IMG/VR virus record: IMGVR_UViG_2912927692_000003 | Source of the DNA: an uncultured virus (IMG/VR IMGVR_UViG_2912927692_000003) | Lineage: Duplodnaviria > Heunggongvirae > Uroviricota > Caudoviricetes | Strand: one strand, 5' to 3' | DNA: 64,000 bases | In this document: positions 48,055 to 59,200 of the stretch, one piece after another | Numbering within the stretch: position 1 is the first letter of the stretch | Layout: the number at the start of each line of letters is the position of its first letter | Notes under the pieces: generated by a model | What the model was told of the DNA's origin: nothing | Seen by the model: only the letters and a program-made list of their open reading frames with translations | Databases searched by the model: none | Made by a program: the position numbers and the translations under genes

Positions 48055-50217
48055 ATGTACGGATTCAAGAAGGGCGCCAAGCCCAAGCAACGATTTGCAG
48101 ATGGTGGGCGGGTGCGTGGTCCAGGCACTGGCACCTCCGACGACATCGACACCGAGGTGCCCGCGGGCAGCTACATCATGCCGGCCGATTCGACCGAGCA
48201 GATTGGGGAAGCGGCGTTGCAGGGTATGGGAGCGCCGGTCCCGGTCAGCCTGAGCAACGGCGAGTACCAGATGCCTCCCGAGCAGGTTCATGCCGTTGGC
48301 GTGCAGGCGCTGGACGCTGTGAAGAATGCCACTCATGTGCCGGTAGCCCAGCAGGCAAAAGGGTTCTCTCCGCGTAAAAGGGGAGAGAATGGCGCCGAGA
48401 AGCCGGAATTGTTCTTCGCCGACGGCGGGGTTGTCGATGAAGAGCGCAAAAAGCAGACCCGTTTCGACATCACCAACACGCCCGCCGCCCAGCGTGCCGC
48501 TGGCGTTGTGCCGGAGGCATCGTCTCCCGTAGCTACCAGCGGCTACAGTGCAGACCCCACCATGGCAAAGGCGCAGGCCAATATCGATGCTGAACGGCAA
48601 GCGATGGCTGTGCATCGCCAGCGCACTGCGGATGCCGCGAATCTCCAGCCGGGAGTGGCACCAGGCTACAGCGACAACCTCTATACCGCCAACGCCCAGG
48701 CACGTTCGGATGCAGCCCGGCAACAACAGGCTGTGGCGCAATCTGGCGCGCTGCCAGATGCGCCGTCGGCGCAAGGCTTCTCGCCCTCGCGACAAGGTAA
48801 TGACCCAGCCAGAGCGGCAAGGATGCAGGCTCAGTTTGATCAACCGGTAACGGGCCCTGCTCGATCCAAAGCGGCTGGTTTCACTCCGCAGTACCGTTCT
48901 GAAGGGCCTGGCTGGCGAACCGACTCGGTTCTCCGCGGGACGGGCGACGACGTAGCGCAGCAGTGGGCATCGGGTGAGTATGCCCGTGGCTTTGGGACCG
49001 GCGTGCGTGGGGCGCTTGCGGCGGTTCCCGCAGCATTCGCTGATGCTGGAGAGGATGTCGGTCGATTGGCGGAACCGGTGATCAACTTCGGTAAAGGGCT
49101 ATTCGGATGGGATGACACTCCGCCGGCGCTTCGTGGTCAGCAAGCAGCCCAGGGTGCAGCGGCGCCAAGTTCCAGTGCTGCGCCCGGGCGAGGCCAGGTG
49201 TTGCCGGCTGCTGGTGCGCCAACCGGAGCGCTGGAGTCGGCGGCGAATACTGGAGCTGCTATGCCAAGCGCCGGTGGCCCGGACCTGCCCAACAACGTGA
49301 CGCGGGTGGGCAACAGCTTCTCCGGCACAACAATCCGCCCGGGCTACACCGTTAACGGGGAAGCTCAAGCTGCGGGGTTCGCCCCAGGTGGTCAGCGGAG
49401 TGCTCAAAACCAGCGCGCAGTGGAGAACCTGCTGGCCCGAACGCCTGATGTGGGTATGGGGTTCAGGCCGAGTTCTGTCTCCCAGGTACCGCCGATGGCC
49501 CCGGACGCGTTGGCTCAGTACAACGCCGGTAACTCCGGCGCGCCTCGGGTAACCGTGGTTCCCGATAGCTCTCGGGCCGATAGCGTTCGCCAGGCCGCCT
49601 TGAATGCAGCCTCAACACCTTATCGCGGTTCGCCGAACGGGCAGTTAACTGCCCGCCAGATCGACAACCTGTTCGGGCTCCAGCAGAGCGATGACCGCAA
49701 TGCTACGTCCCTGGCGAGCACTCGGGCGAATAACGACACGGCCTTGGTGCGGGAGCAGGTGCAACAGCAGGGCGCAAATCAGCGCGCGGCTCTACAGGAA
49801 ATGGGGCAGGGCGCGCGCTTCCTCGCCGCCAACGAACTCGATCGCCAGCGCCTGGCTGGTGAGCAAGAGGCCAGGGGTTTCCAAACCCGCGCCGCCCAGC
49901 GCATCGAGAAGCTGTACGAGCAGTACGACAAGGCTGCTCCCGAAGACCGCGCCGCGATCGCCGAACAGATTCGTGTGCTTGCTGGTAAGGACGCTCCGAA
50001 TCGCTTCACCGTGGTACCTGGCGGCCAGGAGTACGACCCGCAGTCCATGCAACTTCTGACGCGCCCTGCACGAGTACTCAACAACCAGACCGGCCAATTT
50101 ATCGACCAGCAAACGCAGTCGGCGCAACCCGTCGCTCCGCGAACTGGTGAGGTGCGAAGTGGATACCGGTTCAAGGGAGGGAACCCTGCCGACCAGAATA
50201 ATTGGGAGAAGGTGTAA
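48055..50217 (+). CDS. Putative internal virion/ejection protein
   Basis: FADGGRVRGPGTGTSD..LSNGEY; low complexity; C-terminal GYRFKGGNPADQNNWEKV. Confidence 0.7.
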   Translation: MYGFKKGAKPKQRFADGGRVRGPGTGTSDDIDTEVPAGSYIMPADSTEQIGEAALQGMGAPVPVSLSNGEYQMPPEQVHAVGVQALDAVKNATHVPVAQQAKGFSPRKRGENGAEKPELFFADGGVVDEERKKQTRFDITNTPAAQRAAGVVPEASSPVATSGYSADPTMAKAQANIDAERQAMAVHRQRTADAANLQPGVAPGYSDNLYTANAQARSDAARQQQAVAQSGALPDAPSAQGFSPSRQGNDPARAARMQAQFDQPVTGPARSKAAGFTPQYRSEGPGWRTDSVLRGTGDDVAQQWASGEYARGFGTGVRGALAAVPAAFADAGEDVGRLAEPVINFGKGLFGWDDTPPALRGQQAAQGAAAPSSSAAPGRGQVLPAAGAPTGALESAANTGAAMPSAGGPDLPNNVTRVGNSFSGTTIRPGYTVNGEAQAAGFAPGGQRSAQNQRAVENLLARTPDVGMGFRPSSVSQVPPMAPDALAQYNAGNSGAPRVTVVPDSSRADSVRQAALNAASTPYRGSPNGQLTARQIDNLFGLQQSDDRNATSLASTRANNDTALVREQVQQQGANQRAALQEMGQGARFLAANELDRQRLAGEQEARGFQTRAAQRIEKLYEQYDKAAPEDRAAIAEQIRVLAGKDAPNRFTVVPGGQEYDPQSMQLLTRPARVLNNQTGQFIDQQTQSAQPVAPRTGEVRSGYRFKGGNPADQNNWEKV

Positions 50218-53200
50218 TGGCCGATACCAGCAAGCCATGGGAAGAGTTCGCGTCTCAACAGCCAGTAACTGGTGGCGAGAAGCCGTGGGAGGAGTTCGGT
50301 GGCGAGACGAAGGAGGAGGGAAGAGGCCTGATCGGGCATGCGCGCGACCTTGGCCTATCCGTGGCCAAGGGGGTGATTGGGGTTCCGGAAGCGGCTGTTG
50401 GCCTCGCTGATATCCCAACAGAGGGTCGCGTAGGTAAGTTCCTCGAGAACCAGGACGGCATGCTTGGCTTCCGGCCCCGGGAAGCGAGGGATTTCCTGAG
50501 TGATCTGCACACCGATCAGTACAAACAGCAACAGCAGGACTTTCAGGATGCCGATGGCGTCGTAGACAAGACGCTGCATGCTGTACAGAACCCGTCGATG
50601 GTCGTGAACACCGTAGCGGAGTCTTTGCCTTCCATGTTGGCGGGGGGCGCGGTCGGTCGTGGCGTTCGGGCGCTGGCTCCAGCGTTGGCACCTGTGGCAG
50701 CCGGCGCGGCTGGCGAAGGGGCGGTGATGGCTGGTCAGCAAGCAGAGCAAATCCGCCAAGAAACTGATGACGGCTTGCTCACTCCGGCGCAGTCGGGAGC
50801 CGCGGTGGCCACTGGTGTGTTGGGAAGCCTGTTTTCCCTTGCCGGCGGTAGCTTGGCCAAGAAACTGGGTATCGGTGATGCGGATACCCTCCTCGCTGGT
50901 GGTGCCAACCCAGGACAACTGGTCAGCGAGCTGGCGTCCATGCCGGCGAAGAGCATTCCGCGGAAGGTGATAGAGGGCGCGATCTCCGAGGGCTTCCTTG
51001 AGGAACTGCCACAGTCCGCATCTGAGCAGGTTCTGCAAAACCTGGCGCTGGGACGGGACTGGGCCAGCGGCCTGGATGAAGCGATGGTAATGGGAACGCT
51101 GGCCGGGATGGCCATGGGTGGGCCGGCGGCGGTTCTGCATGGCGGTCAGCCGGCAGCGTCCCGTGGCCTGGCGGATGCGGACGCCACCTTCGAGAGTACC
51201 CCAGGCCTTGAGGGGAAGAGCGAGACAACTGCGCCACTGGCACTCCCAGCTCCAGTGTATGAGGCTGGTTCTGACGGCCAGGTCCGGACCACGGTCGACC
51301 AGAACTCCGCTACCCAGGTACAGCGTCAGCAAGAGGCTGAACGTCTGGACCGAATCCGTCGAGGGGAAGTCACCGATGTGACTCCGGTCCCGGCGGCCCC
51401 AAAGCGCTCCGAGCAGATGGGGCTGGACCCGGCTACTGGGCCACTTTCTGGTGCTGCTGCGCAGGCCGTGGACAGTGGCGCAACTGACCAGTTGGTGCAG
51501 CAGGCCGCGCTCCAGCAGGCTGCCGAGGAGGCACAGAAGAGCGGCAGGAAAGGCGAACAGGTCAACCCGGAAACCGGTGAGATTACTGCGGAGCAGGGTG
51601 ATCTGTTGGCATCAGATCCTGTCACCGATCTGCAGGGCCGCCTGGAATTTGTTCACCGGCAAGCCCGTGCCACTGGATGGGACGCGAAGAAAATCGCCGA
51701 GCGCGATCGCTTGCAGGAAGAACTGGACAAGCTCGCGCCACCGCCGGATGCCGGCTACATGCAGCGCGTCGGTGAGCGCGTGAAGCGTATCGAGGCCGCG
51801 CAGAGCCCCGATGAAATTGCCGCGATCCTCGCCGAGGATCAGCAGGATGAGCAGCGCCACCAGAACGCCGCTGGCCGGGTGGAGCTAGCCGCCCGTGCTC
51901 GCGGCTTCGCCCTGGACCAGGCGGCGCAGCAGCAAGCCCCGACGCCAATCGGTGTGCAGGACGACATCCAGCAGGCCCAAGGCAAGGCTGACACGCAGCA
52001 GGCGCAAGCCGCACAACCGGTTGCATCGCCGGCGCCGGCAGCGGAATCCGTACCGGCCGCGTCTGCGCCTGCGATAGAGGCCGCGAAGCCGTCCAACCTG
52101 AAAGACGCCATCGCCAAGGTGCGCCAGGACAAGGCGCAAGCGCCGAAGGCCGAGCCGGTCCAGCAGACCGCCGCACCCGCCGCCGATCAAGCACGCTACG
52201 CCGACCTGGCGCAGCAGTTCAATGCCATGGTTCCGCAGTTGAAGGCGGCGCGCGAGGGCGGCAACACTTCCGAAGTGGAGCGCTTGACCAATGCCATGCG
52301 CCCGCTGGACACCGAAATGCGCCAGCTCCAGGCGCGCGAAACCAAGCGCACCTTGGATCTTGGCCAGCAGGCATCCAAGGCGAAGCTCGAGCAGGAACTG
52401 TCCGGCGAGGCCATCGGCACCCGCCGCCGCCCGAGTGAGCACGCGCCGGAGAAGGGCCTGTACTGGGAAAAGACCGGCACCAATGAATGGACCGGGCGCG
52501 GTGCGTGGTTCCAGAAGGGCAAGACCCGCACCGACGCGGACATGGCGCAGTTCGGCGGCACGCTGGTGATGCCGTCCGAGCAGGCCGCGCAGAAGGCCCC
52601 GAGCATCGAAGGCAAGGACATCGGCGAAGGCTGGGCGGAGTTCAGCAAGGAATCGGGCACCGCGGGTATCCCTCGCGCCGACATGCCGCAGATCAAGGCC
52701 GAGCACCGCGGCGCGATGGTGAACTTCCTGAGCGCTCGTGGCGTGCAGCATCAGGAAGAGACAGTTCCCGCAGATACCCTCAAACCGACGCAGGCGGAGT
52801 TCAGCCGGGATAAGGTGGCGAAGGCCAAGGGCTTCGAAGGTGGCAACCGCTCCATTCTGGTGTCGCGTGACGGCCATGTGCTGGACGGCCATCACCAGTG
52901 GATGGCGGCCCGCGACAACGGCGAAGAGGTGAAGGTGATCCGCCTGGATGCCCCCATCCGCGACCTGGTGAAACTGGCCCACGAATTTCCCAGTTCCACC
53001 ACCGATGCCAGCAGCGGGCAGGGCGCCACGGTTGAAGCGAAGCAGGTGAGGCCCAAGCCTGAGCCAGCAGCTCCTGATGTGCCTAAGAAGAAGCCGCGCG
53101 GCGTGCTGGCAAAGAGGTTACAGGCCGAGGCCCAGGCCCGCGCCGAATACTTCACCCCCGGCAACGTGGTGCGAGGTTACGGCGCCAACTACGACAGGGT

Positions 53201-56200
53201 TATCAGCTACAACCCGACCGAATCGGGAAGCTGGACCGTCACGGTGCGCAGTGTACGCAAGGAAGGCGACACTTGGGTGGATGTCCCGGGCGAGAGCGAG
53301 CGCACTCACATGACGGCGCCGGATGCGCGCGACATGAAGCGCGGCCCGGCCGGCCGTATCGCAACACAGGGGGCGCCAACCGCCGATGAGTTCCCCTTGA
53401 AGGAAGCCGCAGCCAGCTACTCCGGTATCTCGAACAGCAGCAGCCAGCGAGCGAAGTCCGATGCGGATGAGTTCCAGACCTACATCGACGTGGCCCGCGA
53501 CGCGGGCGCTGTCGTGGCACGCACCGATGCTCAGCAGGCGGCCGTGGAGCAAGCCACACGAGAATTGCGGGCCGATTACCTGGCCCAGTACCGGCGCCTG
53601 ATGAACGTGCGCGCCGGCACCTACAGCGGCTATGTTGTCGGGCGTTCTGGACTGAACAGCAAGCAGGCGGACAGGCGCAACAGCGCCTACGACCGCGCCA
53701 TCGACACATTCGTGGCCTGGCAGAAGTCCAATCAGGATCGCGTGCGCCAGGCGGCACTGGACGCCCGTACCGACGAGGAAAAGGCGGCAGATCGCCAGGC
53801 CGCCGAGCAGGCCCGTGCCGACAAGGCGCAGCGCAAGGAAGACGGGGACCGCAGCCTGATGCGCAGGATTCTGTCCTGGAAGAAGGGCAGCGAGCCGGTG
53901 GCGATCACCAAGACCGCGCACCTTGCCGGGGTGAACTTCGGCAAGGATGGCTACCCGACCAGCATTAAGTTGACGCCGACCGATGGCAGCGTGCTGACGA
54001 GCGACAAGTTCGACCTAGCGACGCTGTTCCGTGAGCGCGGCATGAGCGTGCCGGAGTCGAAACGCCGCGTGCGTGAACTGGTCGATTTCGTGCGTGCCGA
54101 GGATGCAGCCCGGCCCCAGTCCGAACCGGCAGAGGCACCCAAGCCCGATCCCGCGCAGCCCAGCGTTTCGAAAACCCCGACGCTCGATGAGCATGTAGCC
54201 CTCATGCAGCGCGCGCGCAGTGGGGAGGCGACCGCCGACGAGTTCCGCCAGGCATTCGAGCGTACGCAGAACGCCCGCGACGCCCTGGTGGCCGAGCTGG
54301 GCACTATGAAGAAGGATGAACTGCTGAAGTCAGGCGGCTACAGCTTCTTCCACCGCTACCGCAACGAGAAGAAGGCAGCGATTGTCGATGCCCTGGTCGG
54401 TCGCGTGTTGGAGGAATTTGCGCTGGGCCGCAGCTACGGCCCGAGCAGCTACGTGATGTCGGCTGCTGGCCTCGAAGCGCACCGCCAGGCCAAGGCCAGC
54501 GCGCTGGCCGAGCTGGTGGCGAACACCACCGACGACGACATCAAGGCGCACGCCGCCGAGGTCGCCGAGGCGCAGCAGGAAATCCAGGCCCGCCGGGCAG
54601 CGCAGCAGAAGGCTGTCGCCAACCCGCAGACCCTCGCCGAGTTCCGCCAGGCAGTGAGCTACAACATGGAGACGCACGGGGAGTCCCTGCGGGAGGCGTT
54701 CATGCGCCTGACGCCGGAACAGCGTATTCGCTACGACGAACTGGAGGCTGAGAGCACCAAGGCCCTGCGTGAGCAGGCCAAGGCACAGGCCAAGACCCGC
54801 GTAGCCAGCGCCGGGCAGACTACGGCCGGCGACATCATCGAGACGAAGCACACCAAGCACGGGCATGACCTGTTCGTGGTCCAACTGGCCGAGCGCGTCA
54901 GCCGTGAGGACTACGACACCCTGAACAATTCGGCGAAGCGGCTGGGCGGCAGCTACAGCAGTTATCGTGGGAATGGCGCCGTCCCCGGCTTCCAGTTCCG
55001 CACCCGCGAGGCGGCCGAAGCATTCCGTAAGCTGGTGACAGGCGACACCGCCGACGCGCAGGCCGTTGCAGAAGCGCGCCGCGACGCCTTCGAGGATGAC
55101 CGCAGTCAGGGCGCCGCCGAGCGACTGCGCACCATGGCTCAGGCCCTCAACGAGCGGGCCGATGAAGCGCTGAATCGCGAGCGCAAGCAGAACACCGAGC
55201 GCCGTGCGCGGATGGCCGCCCGCGCTGAGGCCTCTGCGCGGTCCGACAAGGCACTGGCCGCCACCATGAACAACCTGGCCGATGCCATCGAGGGCGGCAA
55301 GGCCAAGTTCCTGGACACCGTGCGGCAGAAAGTGCAAGTGGAGTTCCTGGCGCGGGAACTGCGCAATGCGAAGGACGCGCAGATTCGTGCGAAGTACCCG
55401 ACTTACGGCGAGCAGGAGAAACACCGCGGCGAGCCGGTGGACGCCGAGACGGTGGACTACTCCACCTTCCCCAGCTACACCGCCATGCGCTCCGACCTAG
55501 CGAGCCTGGCGCGCCAGATGGCGGATGTGGACGGCCTGAAGAAATTGGCCGCGCGCCTGGAGAAGGTCGCCGACGATGTGACCGAGGCCTACACGGACTG
55601 GGCCAAGCAGAATCTTCTGTCCGTCAGCCGCTTCACCCGCGGTGACCAGTTCGCCGACTTCAAGAGTCGCGAGGATGCCGAGCGTGCCATTCGCCGCTCC
55701 GGCCTCACCGGCAAGGCCATCGTGCTTCCGGTGAAACGCGGGCAGAACCGCATCGTCATGGCCCCCAGCGAAGCCATGAAGCTGGGCCTCTGGCAGGGCG
55801 ACGGCGACAAGCGCATAACGCTGTCCGGCGAGTTCGGCGGCGAACTGGTGCAGGCCCTCGGCCGGCGCAGTGGCAGCAAGATCACCGTTCCGTGGGCGCT
55901 GGAGAGCGCGCACGAAAAGCGCAAGCGCCTGGAGAGCATGGGCATCCTCACCGGCAGCGAGTACCGCTCTGCACTGCGCGAGTTCGTAGCGCTGCGCGAG
56001 GCGCCCGCCGAGCCCGACAAGATCAGGGAAATGGAACGGTCCATGATCGGCCGTCGAAATGACGGACTGGACTTCTTCCCGACTTCGGCCGCCGTCACCG
56101 AGGAAGCCGTCGACGCCGCCGACATCCAGGAAGGCATGGACGTGCTGGAGCCTTCCGCCGGCATGGGCCATATGGCCGACGCGATCCGCGAGCAGACCGG

Positions 56201-59200
56201 CGTAGAGCCCGATGTGGTGGAGCTTTCCAGCGAACGCCGCGAGTTGCTGGAGGCCAAGGGCTACAACCTGGTCGGCTCCGACTTCATGGAGGTGTCCGGC
56301 AAGCAGTACGACCGTATCGTGATGAACCCGCCGTTCTCCAAGGGGCGCGACATCCAGCACGTACAGCACGCCTACAGCCTGCTGAAGCCCGGCGGCCGCC
56401 TGGTTGCCATCATGGGCGAAGGCGCCTTCTTCCAGAGCAACAAGGCCGCCGAGAACTTCCGGGCCTGGCTGGACGGCCTGGGTGCCACCAGTGAACGGCT
56501 GCCGGAAGGTTCGTTTATGGACCCGGCGCTACCCGTCAATACCGGCGTGAACGCGCGCATGGTGGTGATTGACAAGCCGGCAGCCGAAGAGTCGGCAGCG
56601 CCGCAGCCCGGCGAACAACCGCCCGTGCAGTACTCGTTCGCCGGCCGCAATGCCGTCGGCGCCAACCTGCATGCCCTGAGCACCGCACAGCAGCGCATCG
56701 CCATTGGCGAAAACGCCGAGGCCGTTCGCCGAGATACCGGTTGGCACCGTAGCGCTGATGGCAAGTGGCGCTTCGAAATCAGCGATCATCAGGCCAGCAT
56801 CGCCGTGGCCGGTGAGACTGCTGGCGCCATCATCAATATGGCCCACCTCAATGCCATCAACGACGAGCGCAGTCGACCGACCGTCGGCGATGTGCTCAAC
56901 CATCCTCAACTGTTCGCTGCATATCCTGACCTGCAGCGTATCCCGGTGGCAGTGATGCCAGAGGGCATCACTGCGCTGGCTCGCCTACGTCGGTTCGCCA
57001 CGGGTAACCAAGTTGAGGTTCAGGCGAACATGCCGCGCACCGAGGTTGCCTCGGCGATCCTGCACGAACTCCAGCATGCGATACAGATCCGGGAAGGTTT
57101 CGCCATGGGTGGCTCGGCCAGGGCTTTCGTCAGCAACTTCGACAAGACTGGTGCGGCGACCTATCGTCGTTTGGCTGGAGAGGTTGAGGCGCGCAACACG
57201 CAGGCTCGGCTGAAAATGACGCCGCGCCTGCGCCGGGACATCGCACTCGATGAGTCGGCGGACATCCCTGCAAGTCAGGTGCTGGTGTCGTTCAATGGCC
57301 GCGACATCGAGAATGGCCCGTTGCCGCAGAACCTGACGGGGCGTCCGCCGATGACCTCGCAAAGCCTGGTTCGTGCTTTCGACCTGCAGTTCCCAGCCCT
57401 GGGCCAGGCTGTGCGCAAGATGCTGAAGCGCGGCAAGGAAGGACAACGGGGCGGCTTGGTGGTGATCGACAGCGCCGACCCGTTGCGCATCGCGCACACC
57501 TACGCGCGGAAATCCGGTACCGCACTGAGCGATGCCGTTCAACTGTTTGAGGATGGCGGGCGCATCAATGGCTTCTACGATGCCAGATCAGGTCTAACTT
57601 TTCTGGTCGGCCCGAACCTGAATCCGGTAACCGCACCGGCCGTGGTGCTTCACGAAATGGTTCACGGCCAGCAGCGGCAGAATCTCGACCAGGCTGCCCA
57701 CGCCATGCTGATGAATCGCGGCAACGTGCGGAGCGCCGAACTGCGCACCTTCCTGGACCGTGTGGCCAGCCGCATGATCGAGGCCGGCGAGAGCCGCAAC
57801 ATGAAGGAGGCCGCTCCGTATATCGTGGAGCAGGCTGTTATTGAAGGGCGAGAGCAGGGGTTCGCCGAGGCTGATAGCCGGTTCCTGTCCTGGGTAGACA
57901 GTGCGCTGGGCAAGCAGGTGGGTGACTTCCTGCGTAGGTTCCTGGCCAACATCCGTCAGTGGATGCTGCGCCACGGTCTGCCGGTTGGCCGTATCAGCGT
58001 GGACGATCTGGTGCGATATGCGATGGCTGGCGTGGAAAGCGCCGCCGAAGGCCGGGTACGGGGCGACGGCCTAGCCATGAGCCAGGACGACATGCGAAAG
58101 GCGCGCGTGCTGCAAGGCCCGCCGGTGGCCATCCTGGAGGGAAATGAAGCACCACAGGGCTTCGCTGCGGTTCGCGAGTGGGCGGCGAAGCTATTCGAGT
58201 CTCAAGGTGGCAAGGCAGTGAACCCGGACCTGGGCGACGTGGTGCTGGATATGCGCGCTGTGCGCGACTCGATGGCGCATGGCAAGGCCAACCCATACAA
58301 GTTCTCGGCGTTCGCGGCCGTCAAGGACGTGCTGGAGCGAGGTGTGGTGGTTCACCGCGCGGACTATGAGAAGGGGGAGAGTTTCTACGTGTCGGCGCCG
58401 GTGGTGATCGACGATAAGGATGACATCGTGACTGTGTTGGTGCGCCGCGATCCGAACATGCAGCGCATGTATCTGCATTCGGTGGCCACAAAAGAATATC
58501 TCCTGAACCGTCGAGTATCCGGTGCTGATGCCATGATGGCAGCGCAGCCTTCCGGCTCGTCCAGTTCAGGAGACGTAGCCAGTGTACTCCAGCGGCTGCT
58601 GACCGCAAGCCTGAATGAACCCGAAGGTCCGCAGTTCAGTCGCTCCGGTCTGCGCGAACTCACCAGCAAGGCTACCGCCGAACTGAACAAGACCTTCAGC
58701 GCTCCGGGAGGCCTGTCCTGGTGGCACAAGACCATCGGCACCATGTACAACCTCGCAGAGCGTTCCCCGGCATTCAAGCCGGTCTTCGAGTCGGCGCAAG
58801 GATTTATCGATGACGTGAGCTATTACGCCAGCGATGCGGCTGATCTGGCGCCGAAACTGCTGCCGAAGCTGGAAACCTGGCGCGACATTGCAAAGTCCCC
58901 GGTGGGCGCTGAGGACAACAAGGCGGTGGCCAAGCCGGTATTCGAGGGCACGCTGATGTGGGCGCGCGACGTGGACGGCAAGCCGGTGCGCGTCGATTCG
59001 CTGGCTGAGCGCGCCATGCGTCTGACGGCCGACGAGAAGGCGGACATCCTGCTGAAGCAGGGCAAGATTCCCGAGGGACTGCTGCGCGCCTGGCGCGGCC
59101 TGAGCCCCGAGCAGTTCGCCAAGATGATCGACAGCCGCTACGAGGCGCAGATGCTCAAGGCAGGCATCGTCTGGACCGACGCTGAGCTGCGCGACATATG

